64,000 nucleotides of DNA, taken from the NCBI GenBank assembly GCA_048886685.1, contig JBHLKM010000003.1:192001-256000 (forward strand). The letters run 5' to 3'. Under the pieces are notes generated by a model that saw only the letters and a list, made by a program, of their open reading frames with translations, did no database searches and was not told where the DNA came from. Both the position numbers and the translations under genes were made by a program. Shown here in pieces: positions 32,192 to 42,255 of the stretch. This stretch comes from Candidatus Hodarchaeota archaeon (GTDB lineage: Archaea; Asgardarchaeota; Lokiarchaeia; Sigyniarchaeales; SOKP01). The stretch's first letter is position 1. Each line of letters opens with the position of its first letter.

Positions 32192-34090
32192 GTGTATGGA
32201 TTAAATTATGGAATGGCTTTTGTTGAATCTATTATTGCGACATTGATTTTGTTCCTAATTGTAAATATTATTAATAACGAAATTCCTGAAGAACAACAGA
32301 TCTCCAAAAAATTCCATAGAAAGAGTTCAGCTGTAATTAGCATCATACTTTTTGGTATAATATTTGGCATTCGGTCTATTTTTGAAACTCTAGGGACTTT
32401 TTTTTCCAAGTTTTTAATTTTCAATAATGATGCTTTGATGTTTGCACTAATGACAACACTTTTTTATTTTCTGTATAAAAAATTAGTGTTTAAAAAAGAA
32501 ATATTCGGGTCTATAGGAGAGGGGCTTTTTAGTAATCCATTTCTAAAAATATTTAGATACTTTATTATATTATGTTGCATAATCGCTGGCATATTCCTCT
32601 CAATTTCTATTCTAAGAATTAGAATGGATAATCCTGATACTTTTAACCTCGGATTTATATGGGCTGCTTTAACGGTTGCATTTGATATTATCGTTACAAA
32701 TATTATAAATAGGATTCGTTCAATTGAAAAACGTATCCCTAAACAAATTCTTAAATATTCTATGTTTACTGGTGCACTCATTTCTTTCGGAATTTGGTCA
32801 ATACAACTAATAATTTTTGAATTGTATTTGAATAAACTATTTGGATTAATGCTATATGAGCAAGATATTCGTGTACTATTTGGAGTAGTTAGTGCTATAT
32901 ATGGTTCTATATTTTATTTATCTTTAAAAAAGAAATTTATGCCTACTGCTGAGGAAAAAAGCAAGTTAAAAATCCAAAAAGCACTCGAAATAGTTAGTGA
33001 GCAAACTGTACAAAATTTTACTTCAGGAGGGAATCATACGATTCTTGAAGTGAAAGATCTCGTTACCTATTTTCATACAGAAGAAGGTGTTGTTCATGCT
33101 GTAGAGGGTGTTTCTTTTCAAGTATATGAGGGAGAAGTTCTTGGTCTTGTGGGCGAAACTGGTTGTGGGAAATCTGTAACTGCATTATCGATTCTCCGAG
33201 TAATTAGACCTCCAGGAAAAATTGAGAAAGGCAGTGTTATTTTTAGAGGAGAAAACCTATTAATAAAACCTGAATCAGAAATGCTAAAATATCGTGGCAA
33301 AGATATTACAATGATTTTTCAAGATCCACTAAATTCTCTTAATCCCGTTTTTAGAATAGGTAAACAAATCTCTGAAGTATTTTTATTGCATATGGAAAAT
33401 GAAATGCTTGCTGAAGCTTCCAAGTTTCCCGATAAAACCACATATGGTATTGCTCGAGAATGGAGCATAGAGCTCTTAAGAGAATTAAATATACCTTTTC
33501 CTCAAGTAATTATCGATCGATATCCACATGAATTAAGTGGTGGAATGCGACAAAGAGTTCAGATCGCTATGGCTCTTGCCTGTAGACCTAAATTACTAAT
33601 TGCTGACGAACCGACTACTGCGCTAGATGTAACAGTACAGAACCAAATTCTAAAACTGATGAAAGAACTTCGAAAAAAATTTAATACAACCATATTATTT
33701 ATTACTCACGATCTTGGAATTATCTCTAAAATGTGTGATCGTGTTGCTGTAATGTATTGTGGGTCTATTGTTGAATATGGAGATATAAAGAAGCTCTTTA
33801 CTACTCCATATCATCCATACACTAGAGGACTTATAGCTTCTGTTCCTCTTATGAGGAGAAGACAACGACAACTTGAAGTTATACCTGGAATGGTACCAAA
33901 TTTAATTTATCCACCTTTAGGATGTAGATTTCATCCTAGATGTCAATATTGCTTCGAGCCCTGTGATTCAAAAGTTCCAAAACAAATTGAGATTGAACCG
34001 GGATATTTTGTTAGATGTCATCTCTATGATCCCGAATATGAAAGTCAAGCAGAAATTTCTATAAAGAAAATAGGAGATATATCAGAATAA
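32192..34090 (+). CDS. DppD-like ABC ATPase with N-terminal multi-TM domain
   Basis: ~250 aa hydrophobic N-terminus, then GETGCGKS, LSGGMRQR, DEPT, GCRFHPRC. Confidence 0.9.
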   Translation: MYGLNYGMAFVESIIATLILFLIVNIINNEIPEEQQISKKFHRKSSAVISIILFGIIFGIRSIFETLGTFFSKFLIFNNDALMFALMTTLFYFLYKKLVFKKEIFGSIGEGLFSNPFLKIFRYFIILCCIIAGIFLSISILRIRMDNPDTFNLGFIWAALTVAFDIIVTNIINRIRSIEKRIPKQILKYSMFTGALISFGIWSIQLIIFELYLNKLFGLMLYEQDIRVLFGVVSAIYGSIFYLSLKKKFMPTAEEKSKLKIQKALEIVSEQTVQNFTSGGNHTILEVKDLVTYFHTEEGVVHAVEGVSFQVYEGEVLGLVGETGCGKSVTALSILRVIRPPGKIEKGSVIFRGENLLIKPESEMLKYRGKDITMIFQDPLNSLNPVFRIGKQISEVFLLHMENEMLAEASKFPDKTTYGIAREWSIELLRELNIPFPQVIIDRYPHELSGGMRQRVQIAMALACRPKLLIADEPTTALDVTVQNQILKLMKELRKKFNTTILFITHDLGIISKMCDRVAVMYCGSIVEYGDIKKLFTTPYHPYTRGLIASVPLMRRRQRQLEVIPGMVPNLIYPPLGCRFHPRCQYCFEPCDSKVPKQIEIEPGYFVRCHLYDPEYESQAEISIKKIGDISE

Positions 34091-34116
34091 ATAAAAATTA
34101 GAGGTTAGTTATAATC

Positions 34117-35832
34117 TTGGTTGGTCTAATAGAATTTGTCATTATTCCCGTCGTTATATTTATAATAGGTTTTTTTATAATGAGACGATTAATAAAAGGA
34201 AAGAGATGGGAGAATTCAATAAGAATAACACTAGTAATAAATCTGATCTGGTTAATTTTCAGTATAATTTCTAATGTTATAATTTTAAAAACTTTCGGTG
34301 ATTCACTTCTTTCTAAGATTATATTATTTATAATACTCATACCAGTTGGCATATTAATCCTTTGGGGAATTTATGATAAAAATGTTCTCGAGTCACTCGA
34401 AGTTGTTAGCCTTATCCTAGCAGCATTGCTAGTAATATCGTTATTTTTAAGCGGTATTCAAGAAATTCTCAAAATCTGGCAAATTGAAGGAAATGATGAT
34501 TTAGATGGTTCTAAATTTACATTTGCTATGGCATTTCTTTTCGTTTTTGGTCTATCTATTTTTTTAGCTTATTGGGGAGATAAAATACAATTAGTGCGAT
34601 TCAGGATAACTTTTGCTATAGGTAGTATAACACCTGGAACTTATTATTTGATGCAAACCTTTATTTCTCAGAATGAAAACTTTTACAATGAAATAGTTAT
34701 TGATCTCTTTATTGCCTTTACAATTGCGATTGTTACTATTTTTATTGTAAAGCAAATTGCTTATCAAACTATTGAGTTCAAAGAAATTAGAGGTTTAGCT
34801 GTCCTTGAGAAGGATAAACCATTATTAAAGGTAAAAGATCTTAAAGTACATTATCCACTCTTTAAGGGAACCCTTAAAAGACAAATCGGAGCTGTAAAAG
34901 CAGTAAATGGAGTCAATTTCAGCCTAAAAACAGGTCAAACCCTCGGGCTAGTTGGAGAGAGTGGATGTGGGAAAACGACGATTGCAAAAGCAATTCTCGG
35001 TTTGGTTGACAAAACAGACGGAGAAATTCTTTTCCGGGATAATCCCATCCCTCCTGAGTATTCAGTTTATTTAAGACATAAAATACAAATGGTTTTTCAA
35101 GATCCAGATGCATCCTTGAATCCCCGTTTAAAAGTAGTCGATATAATAGCAGAACCACTTAGGAATTTACTAGGTATTACTAATAAAATGGAAATCAGAA
35201 GACGAGTTCTAAATTTGTTAGATGAGGTTTCCTTAAAACGAGAGCACATGGATCGCTATCCACATGAATTTTCTGGTGGTCAGAAGCAAAGAATTGTTAT
35301 AGCAAGAGCCTTAGCTTGCAATCCAGAATTAATTATTTTAGATGAACCTTCCTCTGCTCTTGATGTATCAGTCCAAGCACAAATCCTTAATCTTCTTAGA
35401 GAATTACAAGCACAATATGGGTATGGCTATCTGTTTATTACTCATAATTTAGCTGTTGTAAATTATATTGCTGATCGTGTAGCCGTCATGTATCTTGGCA
35501 AAATTGTAGAAATAGGAAGTAAAGAACAAGTTTTTAAAAGACCAACTCATCCATATACTCAAGCTCTTCTCTCTTCACATTCTGATATTGATCCTTACAA
35601 TCAAGAGATCAGTTTTGTTATCACGGGGGAAGTACCAAGTCCTATAGCACCTCCACCGGGATGTACATTTAATCCACGCTGCTCTTCAGATGCCCGAACT
35701 AAAGATTGTGAACTTGAACTACCTCATAAAATAAAAATCGAGGAAGGTCATTATATTTGGTGTATTAATCCTCCGACTTCACTGCAATCAGAAACTCAAG
35801 AACCTAAAGAGAGTTTATCATTGAATAATTAA
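34117..35832 (+). CDS. DppF-like ABC ATPase with N-terminal multi-TM domain
   Basis: ~215 aa hydrophobic N-terminus, then GESGCGKT, FSGGQKQR, DEPS, GC.F.PRC. Confidence 0.9.
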   Translation: MVGLIEFVIIPVVIFIIGFFIMRRLIKGKRWENSIRITLVINLIWLIFSIISNVIILKTFGDSLLSKIILFIILIPVGILILWGIYDKNVLESLEVVSLILAALLVISLFLSGIQEILKIWQIEGNDDLDGSKFTFAMAFLFVFGLSIFLAYWGDKIQLVRFRITFAIGSITPGTYYLMQTFISQNENFYNEIVIDLFIAFTIAIVTIFIVKQIAYQTIEFKEIRGLAVLEKDKPLLKVKDLKVHYPLFKGTLKRQIGAVKAVNGVNFSLKTGQTLGLVGESGCGKTTIAKAILGLVDKTDGEILFRDNPIPPEYSVYLRHKIQMVFQDPDASLNPRLKVVDIIAEPLRNLLGITNKMEIRRRVLNLLDEVSLKREHMDRYPHEFSGGQKQRIVIARALACNPELIILDEPSSALDVSVQAQILNLLRELQAQYGYGYLFITHNLAVVNYIADRVAVMYLGKIVEIGSKEQVFKRPTHPYTQALLSSHSDIDPYNQEISFVITGEVPSPIAPPPGCTFNPRCSSDARTKDCELELPHKIKIEEGHYIWCINPPTSLQSETQEPKESLSLNN

Positions 35833-35974
35833 AAAAAAATACGTTTCTTCTTCATGTAATTAATAAAATCTGCAATTAAAATTTAACTAAATCCATTTTT
35901 CTTAAATAATAGTCTAATTTTCAAGGATTAATGATAATACTTCTTCTTATGAATGGTTATAATTAGTTTAAAAA

Positions 35975-35995
35975 TAAATTTACATAATTAATTTA
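35975..35995. promoter_or_regulatory. candidate operator TAAATTTACATAATTAATTTA upstream of GRE1
   Basis: Imperfect copy of the 21-bp palindrome, 27 nt before the ATG. Confidence 0.55.
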
Positions 35996-36022
35996 AAATA
36001 ATAAAAAAACAATATTTGAATT

Positions 36023-38452
36023 ATGGTAGTTCAAGATATCAGATTGACTCCTCTTCAAGGGATACCTTCAGAGAGGATTAGAAAAATTAGAGACAGGATG
36101 TTGTCCCAACCCTTCGAATATGATCTAGAGCGTGCACGCTGTTATTCAAGAATTTGGAAACAGATGGAAGATGCTCATCCCTATATGAAAAAAGCCAAAG
36201 CATTAAAGGAATTCTTACGCTGCCTTCCTATAAGGATTGATTCCGATGAATTTCTTGTAGGAGTAAAATCCAGTAAAATAAGAGCTGATCCTTTTGAAAT
36301 AGAACTTGGAAGGCATGTTCGAATGTATGATTTCCTTTTAGATGATTCAATAGATGAAACAACTAAGGATTATTTCCGTAGACGTAATCCCATTCTTAGA
36401 CGTTATGTCCCTTTTACAGAAGAAGAACTTAACGAATTGAAAAATGATATTATCCCTGTTTGGAAAGGGAAGACATTAACAGACCTGAAAGAAAAACTTT
36501 GGATAGAAGCAGGCTTATTCAAGGAGAAAAAGAGTTCTATGGAACGAGCTGAGAGTTGGATTAACCCATTTTATGCAAATATGCAGGGTCATACCATTCC
36601 AGGTTATAAACGAGTTCTTAAAATAGGATTTAAAGGAATAGAAGAGATAGCTACTGAAGAACTTGAAAAACTTAAAGAAGATGATGAGGATTACGAAAAT
36701 CGCAAGACTTTTTATGAAGCAGTTCAAGTTTGTGCCAAAGCTGTTTGTGATTATTCTAATCGTTACGCAGATCTGGTAATGGAGATGGCTGAAAATGCAT
36801 CAGAATATAGAAGAGCAGAACTTTTAGATATTGCTGAACGGACAAGAAGAGTGCCTGCTCTCCCACCCAGAAGTTTCATGGAAGCACTTCAATCGGTATG
36901 GATGACCAACGTCGTCATGGAAATGAGCTATGGTAATGGTAATATATTTTCTCAAGGACGAGTAGACCAATATCTTTACCCTTATTATATCGCAGATTTA
37001 AAAGAAGGACTTATTACTTATGAGGAAGCTTTAGAAGCCATTGAGGAATATTTAGTTAAACTTGCCACTGTTGTTATCGCAGGACAGAATAATATAACTA
37101 TTGGAGGATTAGATAAGGATGGAAATGATGCTACTAATGACGTTTCATACATGTTTCTTGAAGCTGTTGCAAATGTAAAAAGTTTATTGAATACGTTATC
37201 AATACGGATTTCTTCTAAAACACCCCGAGATTTTCTGAAAAGAACCATTGAAGCTTTTAAATACACTGGCGGAATGGGAATTCATAATGATGAAATTTTA
37301 GTACCACAGCTTCAAAAAGACGGGTATTCATTAGAACATGCTAGAGATTACTCACTCGTAGGGTGTGTAGAACCTCATGGTACTGGGTTTGATTTTTCAT
37401 ACACTGCGGGTAATGGCGTTCGATTGTCAACCGTTTTACATATGGCTTTAAATGAAGGACGAATTCTTATAGCAGGGAACCGTCAATTTGGAGCAAAAAC
37501 ACCTGATCCAAATACTTTTAAAACTTTCGAAGATGTGAAAAAAGCTTTTGTAGATCAGCTTTCCTTTGGAGTAGATTTAGTTGTGAAAAAGGCAGAATTA
37601 AAAGATAGAGCCTTTGCAGAATATTTTCCTTCCCCATTGCTTTCATCTACAATAGAGGGATGCCTAGAGAGTGGAAAAGATGTAACTCGAAATGGAGCGC
37701 GCTATAATAACAACCCTATTGGCTGTCAAGCATTAGCAACCGTAACCAATTCATTAGCAGCAATTCGCTGGGCAGTATTCGAAGAAAAATTAGTGACAAT
37801 GGGAGAATTAGTTACGCATCTTAATAATAATTTCAAGGGAGCAGATAAACTTAAAGAACTTTTAAGAAATAAGGCTCCAAAATACGGTAATGGTGATGAG
37901 AGGACAGACGAACTTGCAAGATGGGTTGCGCATACTCTATGTGATATTGTCAGAAAATATCCTGCTAGAGGTGGTGCTGGTATTTATCGCACATATTTTG
38001 TGTCTTCAGGACTTAATATTCTTGAGGGTAAAATGTTAGGAGCGACTCCCGATGGAAGATTATCTGGTGAAGCTGTTTCTAATGGCATATCTCCTGCAAA
38101 CGGAACAGAGAAAAATGGGCTTACTATGACGCTCCGATCAGTAGCTTTAGCAACAAAAGATGCTCTCCTAACCGGTGGAGTAACCATGAACATAAGAATC
38201 AATCCCAGTTTAATAGAAACAGATGAAGGTATAGATAAATTAACATCTATTGTTGACGCTTATTTGGAATTAGGAGGAAGAGAACTTCAGATTAATCCTG
38301 TAAGTACAGAAACATTAAGAGACGCACAAGCTCATCCAGAAAAATACCCTGACTTATCAGTTAAGGTCACAGGTTATTCTGCTCGGTTCATAGAAGTGGG
38401 TAGAAGTCTTCAAAATGACATCATTGCCCGTACGGTATTTAATGAATTATAA
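36023..38452 (+). CDS. glycyl radical enzyme (PFL-like, eliminase-type), paralog 1
   Basis: GRVDQYLYPY, Cys loop GCVEP, Gly loop KVTGYS. Confidence 0.92.
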   Translation: MVVQDIRLTPLQGIPSERIRKIRDRMLSQPFEYDLERARCYSRIWKQMEDAHPYMKKAKALKEFLRCLPIRIDSDEFLVGVKSSKIRADPFEIELGRHVRMYDFLLDDSIDETTKDYFRRRNPILRRYVPFTEEELNELKNDIIPVWKGKTLTDLKEKLWIEAGLFKEKKSSMERAESWINPFYANMQGHTIPGYKRVLKIGFKGIEEIATEELEKLKEDDEDYENRKTFYEAVQVCAKAVCDYSNRYADLVMEMAENASEYRRAELLDIAERTRRVPALPPRSFMEALQSVWMTNVVMEMSYGNGNIFSQGRVDQYLYPYYIADLKEGLITYEEALEAIEEYLVKLATVVIAGQNNITIGGLDKDGNDATNDVSYMFLEAVANVKSLLNTLSIRISSKTPRDFLKRTIEAFKYTGGMGIHNDEILVPQLQKDGYSLEHARDYSLVGCVEPHGTGFDFSYTAGNGVRLSTVLHMALNEGRILIAGNRQFGAKTPDPNTFKTFEDVKKAFVDQLSFGVDLVVKKAELKDRAFAEYFPSPLLSSTIEGCLESGKDVTRNGARYNNNPIGCQALATVTNSLAAIRWAVFEEKLVTMGELVTHLNNNFKGADKLKELLRNKAPKYGNGDERTDELARWVAHTLCDIVRKYPARGGAGIYRTYFVSSGLNILEGKMLGATPDGRLSGEAVSNGISPANGTEKNGLTMTLRSVALATKDALLTGGVTMNIRINPSLIETDEGIDKLTSIVDAYLELGGRELQINPVSTETLRDAQAHPEKYPDLSVKVTGYSARFIEVGRSLQNDIIARTVFNEL

Positions 38453-38551
38453 AATTTCGTTTTAATTTTTTTTTAATATTTTTAAATAGCCCTAAAGAAA
38501 TACTTATTAAAAAATTATAAAAGATTTTACATTATTACAATAATTTATAAA

Positions 38552-38572
38552 TAAATTAACATAGTTAATTTA
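38552..38572. promoter_or_regulatory. candidate operator TAAATTAAC-ATA-GTTAATTTA upstream of GRE2
   Basis: Perfect 9-bp inverted repeat, 26 nt before the ATG. Confidence 0.6.
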
Positions 38573-38598
38573 AATAATAAAAAAACTATATTAGAATT

Positions 38599-41037
38599 AT
38601 GGTAGTTCAAGGTACTAAAATGACCCCTCTTCAAGGGATTCCCTCCGAGAGGGTTCGAAAGATTAGAGATAGAATGCTTGCTATGCCTAGAGAACTTGAT
38701 ATTGAACGAGCTCGGTGTTATACAAGAATATACAAACAAATGGAAGATGCTCCGCCCTGTATGAAGAATGTCAAAGCATTAGAGGAATTCTTACGATGTC
38801 TTCCAATAAGGATTGAGGAAGATGAGCTTCTTGTAGGCGTAAAATCTAGTAAAGTGAGAGCTGATCCAATGGAAATTGAACGTGGAATGCGTGCTAGCGT
38901 TTATGGGTTTATGTTTAATGATTCAATAGATAAAAAAATAAGAGATAGGTTTGCCAAAAGCTCACGTCTTCTTAATCGTTCTGTTCCCTTACCAAAGGAA
39001 GAAATGGATGAGTTGAAATATGAAATCATCCCCTTCTGGAAAGATAGAACTGTAGCAGCTCGAAAGCGAGAATATTGGAAAGAAGCAGGCTTAATTGAAA
39101 CAGGGGCGGCATTAGGTCCTACGGGTAGGTCTCGGAGTGGTACTGATTTATTTGCAGGTGCTAGCATGCAAGGACATGTCATTCCAGGATATAGACGAGT
39201 TCTTAAAATGGGATTTAGAGGAATTGAAAAGATGGCGCAAGAAGGCCTTGCGAAACTCAAGGAAACAGACGAAAAATATGACCAACGGAAAGATTTTTAT
39301 GAATCAGTGGTGATAGCAGCAAGAGCAGTCTGTGATTATTCCAATCGCTATACAGATCTTGCAATGAAAATGGCAGAAAATGCTTCAGAAACAAGAAAGG
39401 CTGAACTATTAGATATTGCTGAACGAACAAGACGAGTGCCAGCACTTCCCCCTAGAACATTCATAGAAGCACTTCAATCAATTTGGATGACTAATGTTGT
39501 TATGGAAATGAGTTATGGTGCAGGAAATATCTTTTCTCAAGGACGGGTTGATCAATATCTTTATCCATATTATGTTGCTGATTTAGCCGAAGGTCGTATA
39601 ACATATGAAGAAGCTTTGGAACTCATTGAAGAATATTTAGTTAAACTTGCTTCTGTCGTTATCGCAGGACAGAATAATGTAACTATCGGTGGATTAGATA
39701 AAGATGGGAATGATGCTACTACTGATGTGTCATACATGTTTCTCGAGGCTGTTGCAAATGTAAAAAGCTTATTGAATACAATATCGATACGTATTTCTTC
39801 CAAGACACCCTATAATTTTTTGAAAAGAACTATTGAAGCTTTCAAGTATACAGCCGGAATGGGTATTCATAATGATGATGTGTTAGTACCACAGCTTCAT
39901 AATACAGGATATTCATTAGAGGATGCTAGAGATTATTCACTTGTAGGATGTGTAGAACCCCATGGTACTGGTAATGATTTCTCTTATACTGCAGGGAACG
40001 CTATTCAGATTACAATCCTTCTTAACATGGCATTAAATGAAGGACGTACTATTTATTCAAGAAATAAAACTGTCGGAGCGAAAACACCCCCAGCTAAAAC
40101 TTTTAAATCTTTTGAAGATGTGAAGAAAGCCTATGTAGACCAGCTTAAATTTGCCATAGATCTCGCTGTGAGAAAAGCTGAATTAAAGGATAAAGCATAT
40201 GCAGACTATCTTCCTTCCCCATTACTTTCATCTACAATAGAAGGATGTCTCGAAAGCGGAATGGACGCAACTCGAAACGGCGCTAAATATAACAATAACC
40301 CTATGGGCTCACAAGGATTAGCGACTGTTACTGATTCCTTAGCAGCAATTCGTTGGGCTGTATTTGAAGAGAAATTAGTGACAATGGAAGAATTAGTTAC
40401 CCACATGAATAATAATTTCAAAGGAGCAGAAAAACTTCGAGAAAAATTACGAAATAAAGCTCCTAAATATGGAAATGGTGATGAGCGAACAGACGAACTT
40501 GCAAAGTGGTTTGCATCTACCCTATGTGATATTACAAGAAAATATAAAGCGAGAGGCGGTGATGGTATATATCACAATTGCCTCGTATCTTCTGGAGGAC
40601 AAGTTGCGGAAGGTAGAGCATTGGGGGCGACTGCGGATGGAAGATTAGCTTATGAGCCTATATCAAACGGCATTTCTCCTGCAAACGGTATGGAAAAGAA
40701 TGGGCTTACCATGACACTCCGATCAGTAGCTTATGCAACTGGTGAACCGCATCTAACTAATGGAGCATCAATGAATATAAGAATTAATCCTACCTTAATA
40801 GAAACAGATGAAGGAGTCGATCAATTAGCTTCTATAGTAAAGGCTTATTTAGAGTTAGGAGGACGAGAACTTCAGATAAATCCAATAAGTACAGAAACAT
40901 TAAGAGATGCACAAGCTCATCCAGAAAAATATCCCGACCTATCAGTTAAGGTTACAGGCTACTCCGCTCGATTCATAGATTTAACAAAAGAGCTTCAAGA
41001 GGATATTATCGCAAGAACAGTATTTAATGAATTATAA
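38599..41037 (+). CDS. glycyl radical enzyme, paralog 2 (tandem duplicate)
   Basis: Same motifs as paralog 1, colinear over the full length. Confidence 0.92.
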   Translation: MVVQGTKMTPLQGIPSERVRKIRDRMLAMPRELDIERARCYTRIYKQMEDAPPCMKNVKALEEFLRCLPIRIEEDELLVGVKSSKVRADPMEIERGMRASVYGFMFNDSIDKKIRDRFAKSSRLLNRSVPLPKEEMDELKYEIIPFWKDRTVAARKREYWKEAGLIETGAALGPTGRSRSGTDLFAGASMQGHVIPGYRRVLKMGFRGIEKMAQEGLAKLKETDEKYDQRKDFYESVVIAARAVCDYSNRYTDLAMKMAENASETRKAELLDIAERTRRVPALPPRTFIEALQSIWMTNVVMEMSYGAGNIFSQGRVDQYLYPYYVADLAEGRITYEEALELIEEYLVKLASVVIAGQNNVTIGGLDKDGNDATTDVSYMFLEAVANVKSLLNTISIRISSKTPYNFLKRTIEAFKYTAGMGIHNDDVLVPQLHNTGYSLEDARDYSLVGCVEPHGTGNDFSYTAGNAIQITILLNMALNEGRTIYSRNKTVGAKTPPAKTFKSFEDVKKAYVDQLKFAIDLAVRKAELKDKAYADYLPSPLLSSTIEGCLESGMDATRNGAKYNNNPMGSQGLATVTDSLAAIRWAVFEEKLVTMEELVTHMNNNFKGAEKLREKLRNKAPKYGNGDERTDELAKWFASTLCDITRKYKARGGDGIYHNCLVSSGGQVAEGRALGATADGRLAYEPISNGISPANGMEKNGLTMTLRSVAYATGEPHLTNGASMNIRINPTLIETDEGVDQLASIVKAYLELGGRELQINPISTETLRDAQAHPEKYPDLSVKVTGYSARFIDLTKELQEDIIARTVFNEL

Positions 41038-41198
41038 AATTTTTTCATACTTTTTTTAATTTTGTCATATTTAGTTTTCAATTTTTAATTTGATTATATT
41101 CTCGTTTTAGATCTGAAATACTTTTGATAATTTTGTATAAGAAATAAGTAAAAGAATATCTTTTCTGTAAGTTATTATGCAAATTGGTTTATTTCGAT

Positions 41199-42143
41199 TT
41201 AACGAGTTAAACCAGACCATTTAACCTTTTTAACCCCAGTACTTTTAGCAATTTCAAGAAAATTTTCCATCTCCTCTTTTGTCATTAATGGTTCATCTTT
41301 TAAAGGCCATGACATATCTAATCTTGAATATTTAATTTCGCAGAGTTTATTAAAACTTAATAGATCCCACTGATCAGGAATATTAATTAATTCATTTACA
41401 ATGAATTTTCCAATTTCCCTAATATTCTCTTCCGTGGCAGTATAATGTGGTATTATTGGTGTCCTTATCCACATTATCTTTCCATTTTCTTTGGTATATC
41501 GTGAAATCCATTTAGCATTTTCTAAGATTCTTTTATTTGAAACGCCCGTATATTCTTCATGTTTTTTAGCATCAATAACCTTTATATCTAAAAGAACTAT
41601 ATCAACGTAGGGTAATAAATCTTGATAAACTTTTTTACTTGAATATCCACATGTGTCTAAAGCAGTAGAAATGTCATTTTCCTTACATAATTTTAAAAGT
41701 TGTAAGAGAAAATCAGGTTGAAATGTAGGTTCACCACCAGAAACGGTTATACCTCCTTTTGTTTTATTAAAAAATATCTTTTCTTTCTCTATTTCGCGAA
41801 AAAGAATATCTAGATCCCACCACTTGCCAAACATAGTTAATGCCGTACTGGGACAGGCTTCTACACAATCTCCGCAACTATTACATTTTACTCTATTAAT
41901 ATGTAAACCATCTTCTTCAAAAAATAAAGTGTCCTCTTGGCAAGCATCTATACAACTATTACAACCAATGCATTTACGATCTATCCATTGAAGCTGAGGC
42001 TTTTTTGGAATTGATTCCGGATTGTGACACCAAACACAATTTAAGGGACAATAATTAAAAAAAATTGTTGTACGGACACCAGGACCATCGTCAGTAGCCA
42101 TTCTCTCAATTTTAAAAATTAAACCTTTAGATTTTGACTCTAT
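41199..42143 (-). CDS. glycyl-radical enzyme activating protein (radical SAM with ferredoxin insert)
   Basis: GLIFKIERMATDDGPGVRT, CPLNCVWCHNPE, two CxxCxxCxxxC motifs, SGGEP; start extended to ATA 42143. Confidence 0.92.
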   Translation of the reverse strand: MESKSKGLIFKIERMATDDGPGVRTTIFFNYCPLNCVWCHNPESIPKKPQLQWIDRKCIGCNSCIDACQEDTLFFEEDGLHINRVKCNSCGDCVEACPSTALTMFGKWWDLDILFREIEKEKIFFNKTKGGITVSGGEPTFQPDFLLQLLKLCKENDISTALDTCGYSSKKVYQDLLPYVDIVLLDIKVIDAKKHEEYTGVSNKRILENAKWISRYTKENGKIMWIRTPIIPHYTATEENIREIGKFIVNELINIPDQWDLLSFNKLCEIKYSRLDMSWPLKDEPLMTKEEMENFLEIAKSTGVKKVKWSGLTR

Positions 42144-42216
42144 AATACGGCACCATAATAATTGCTAAAATGTTCTTTAAAAGAAAATACAAAAAGTACT
42201 TGAATAAAAAAATATT

Positions 42217-42237
42217 TAAATTTATTATGTAAATTTA
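42217..42237. promoter_or_regulatory. candidate operator (reverse complement TAAATTTACATAATAAATTTA) between activase and tetR
   Basis: Reverse complement matches the 35975 site at 20/21 positions. Confidence 0.6.
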
Positions 42238-42255
42238 AAATCATTTTTATGTTCT

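Noticed and set aside
36023-41037. GREs as pyruvate formate-lyase or alkyl/benzylsuccinate synthase
   Set aside because: No adjacent Cys-Cys pair, the Cys loop is GCVEP, and no small accessory subunits are encoded nearby.
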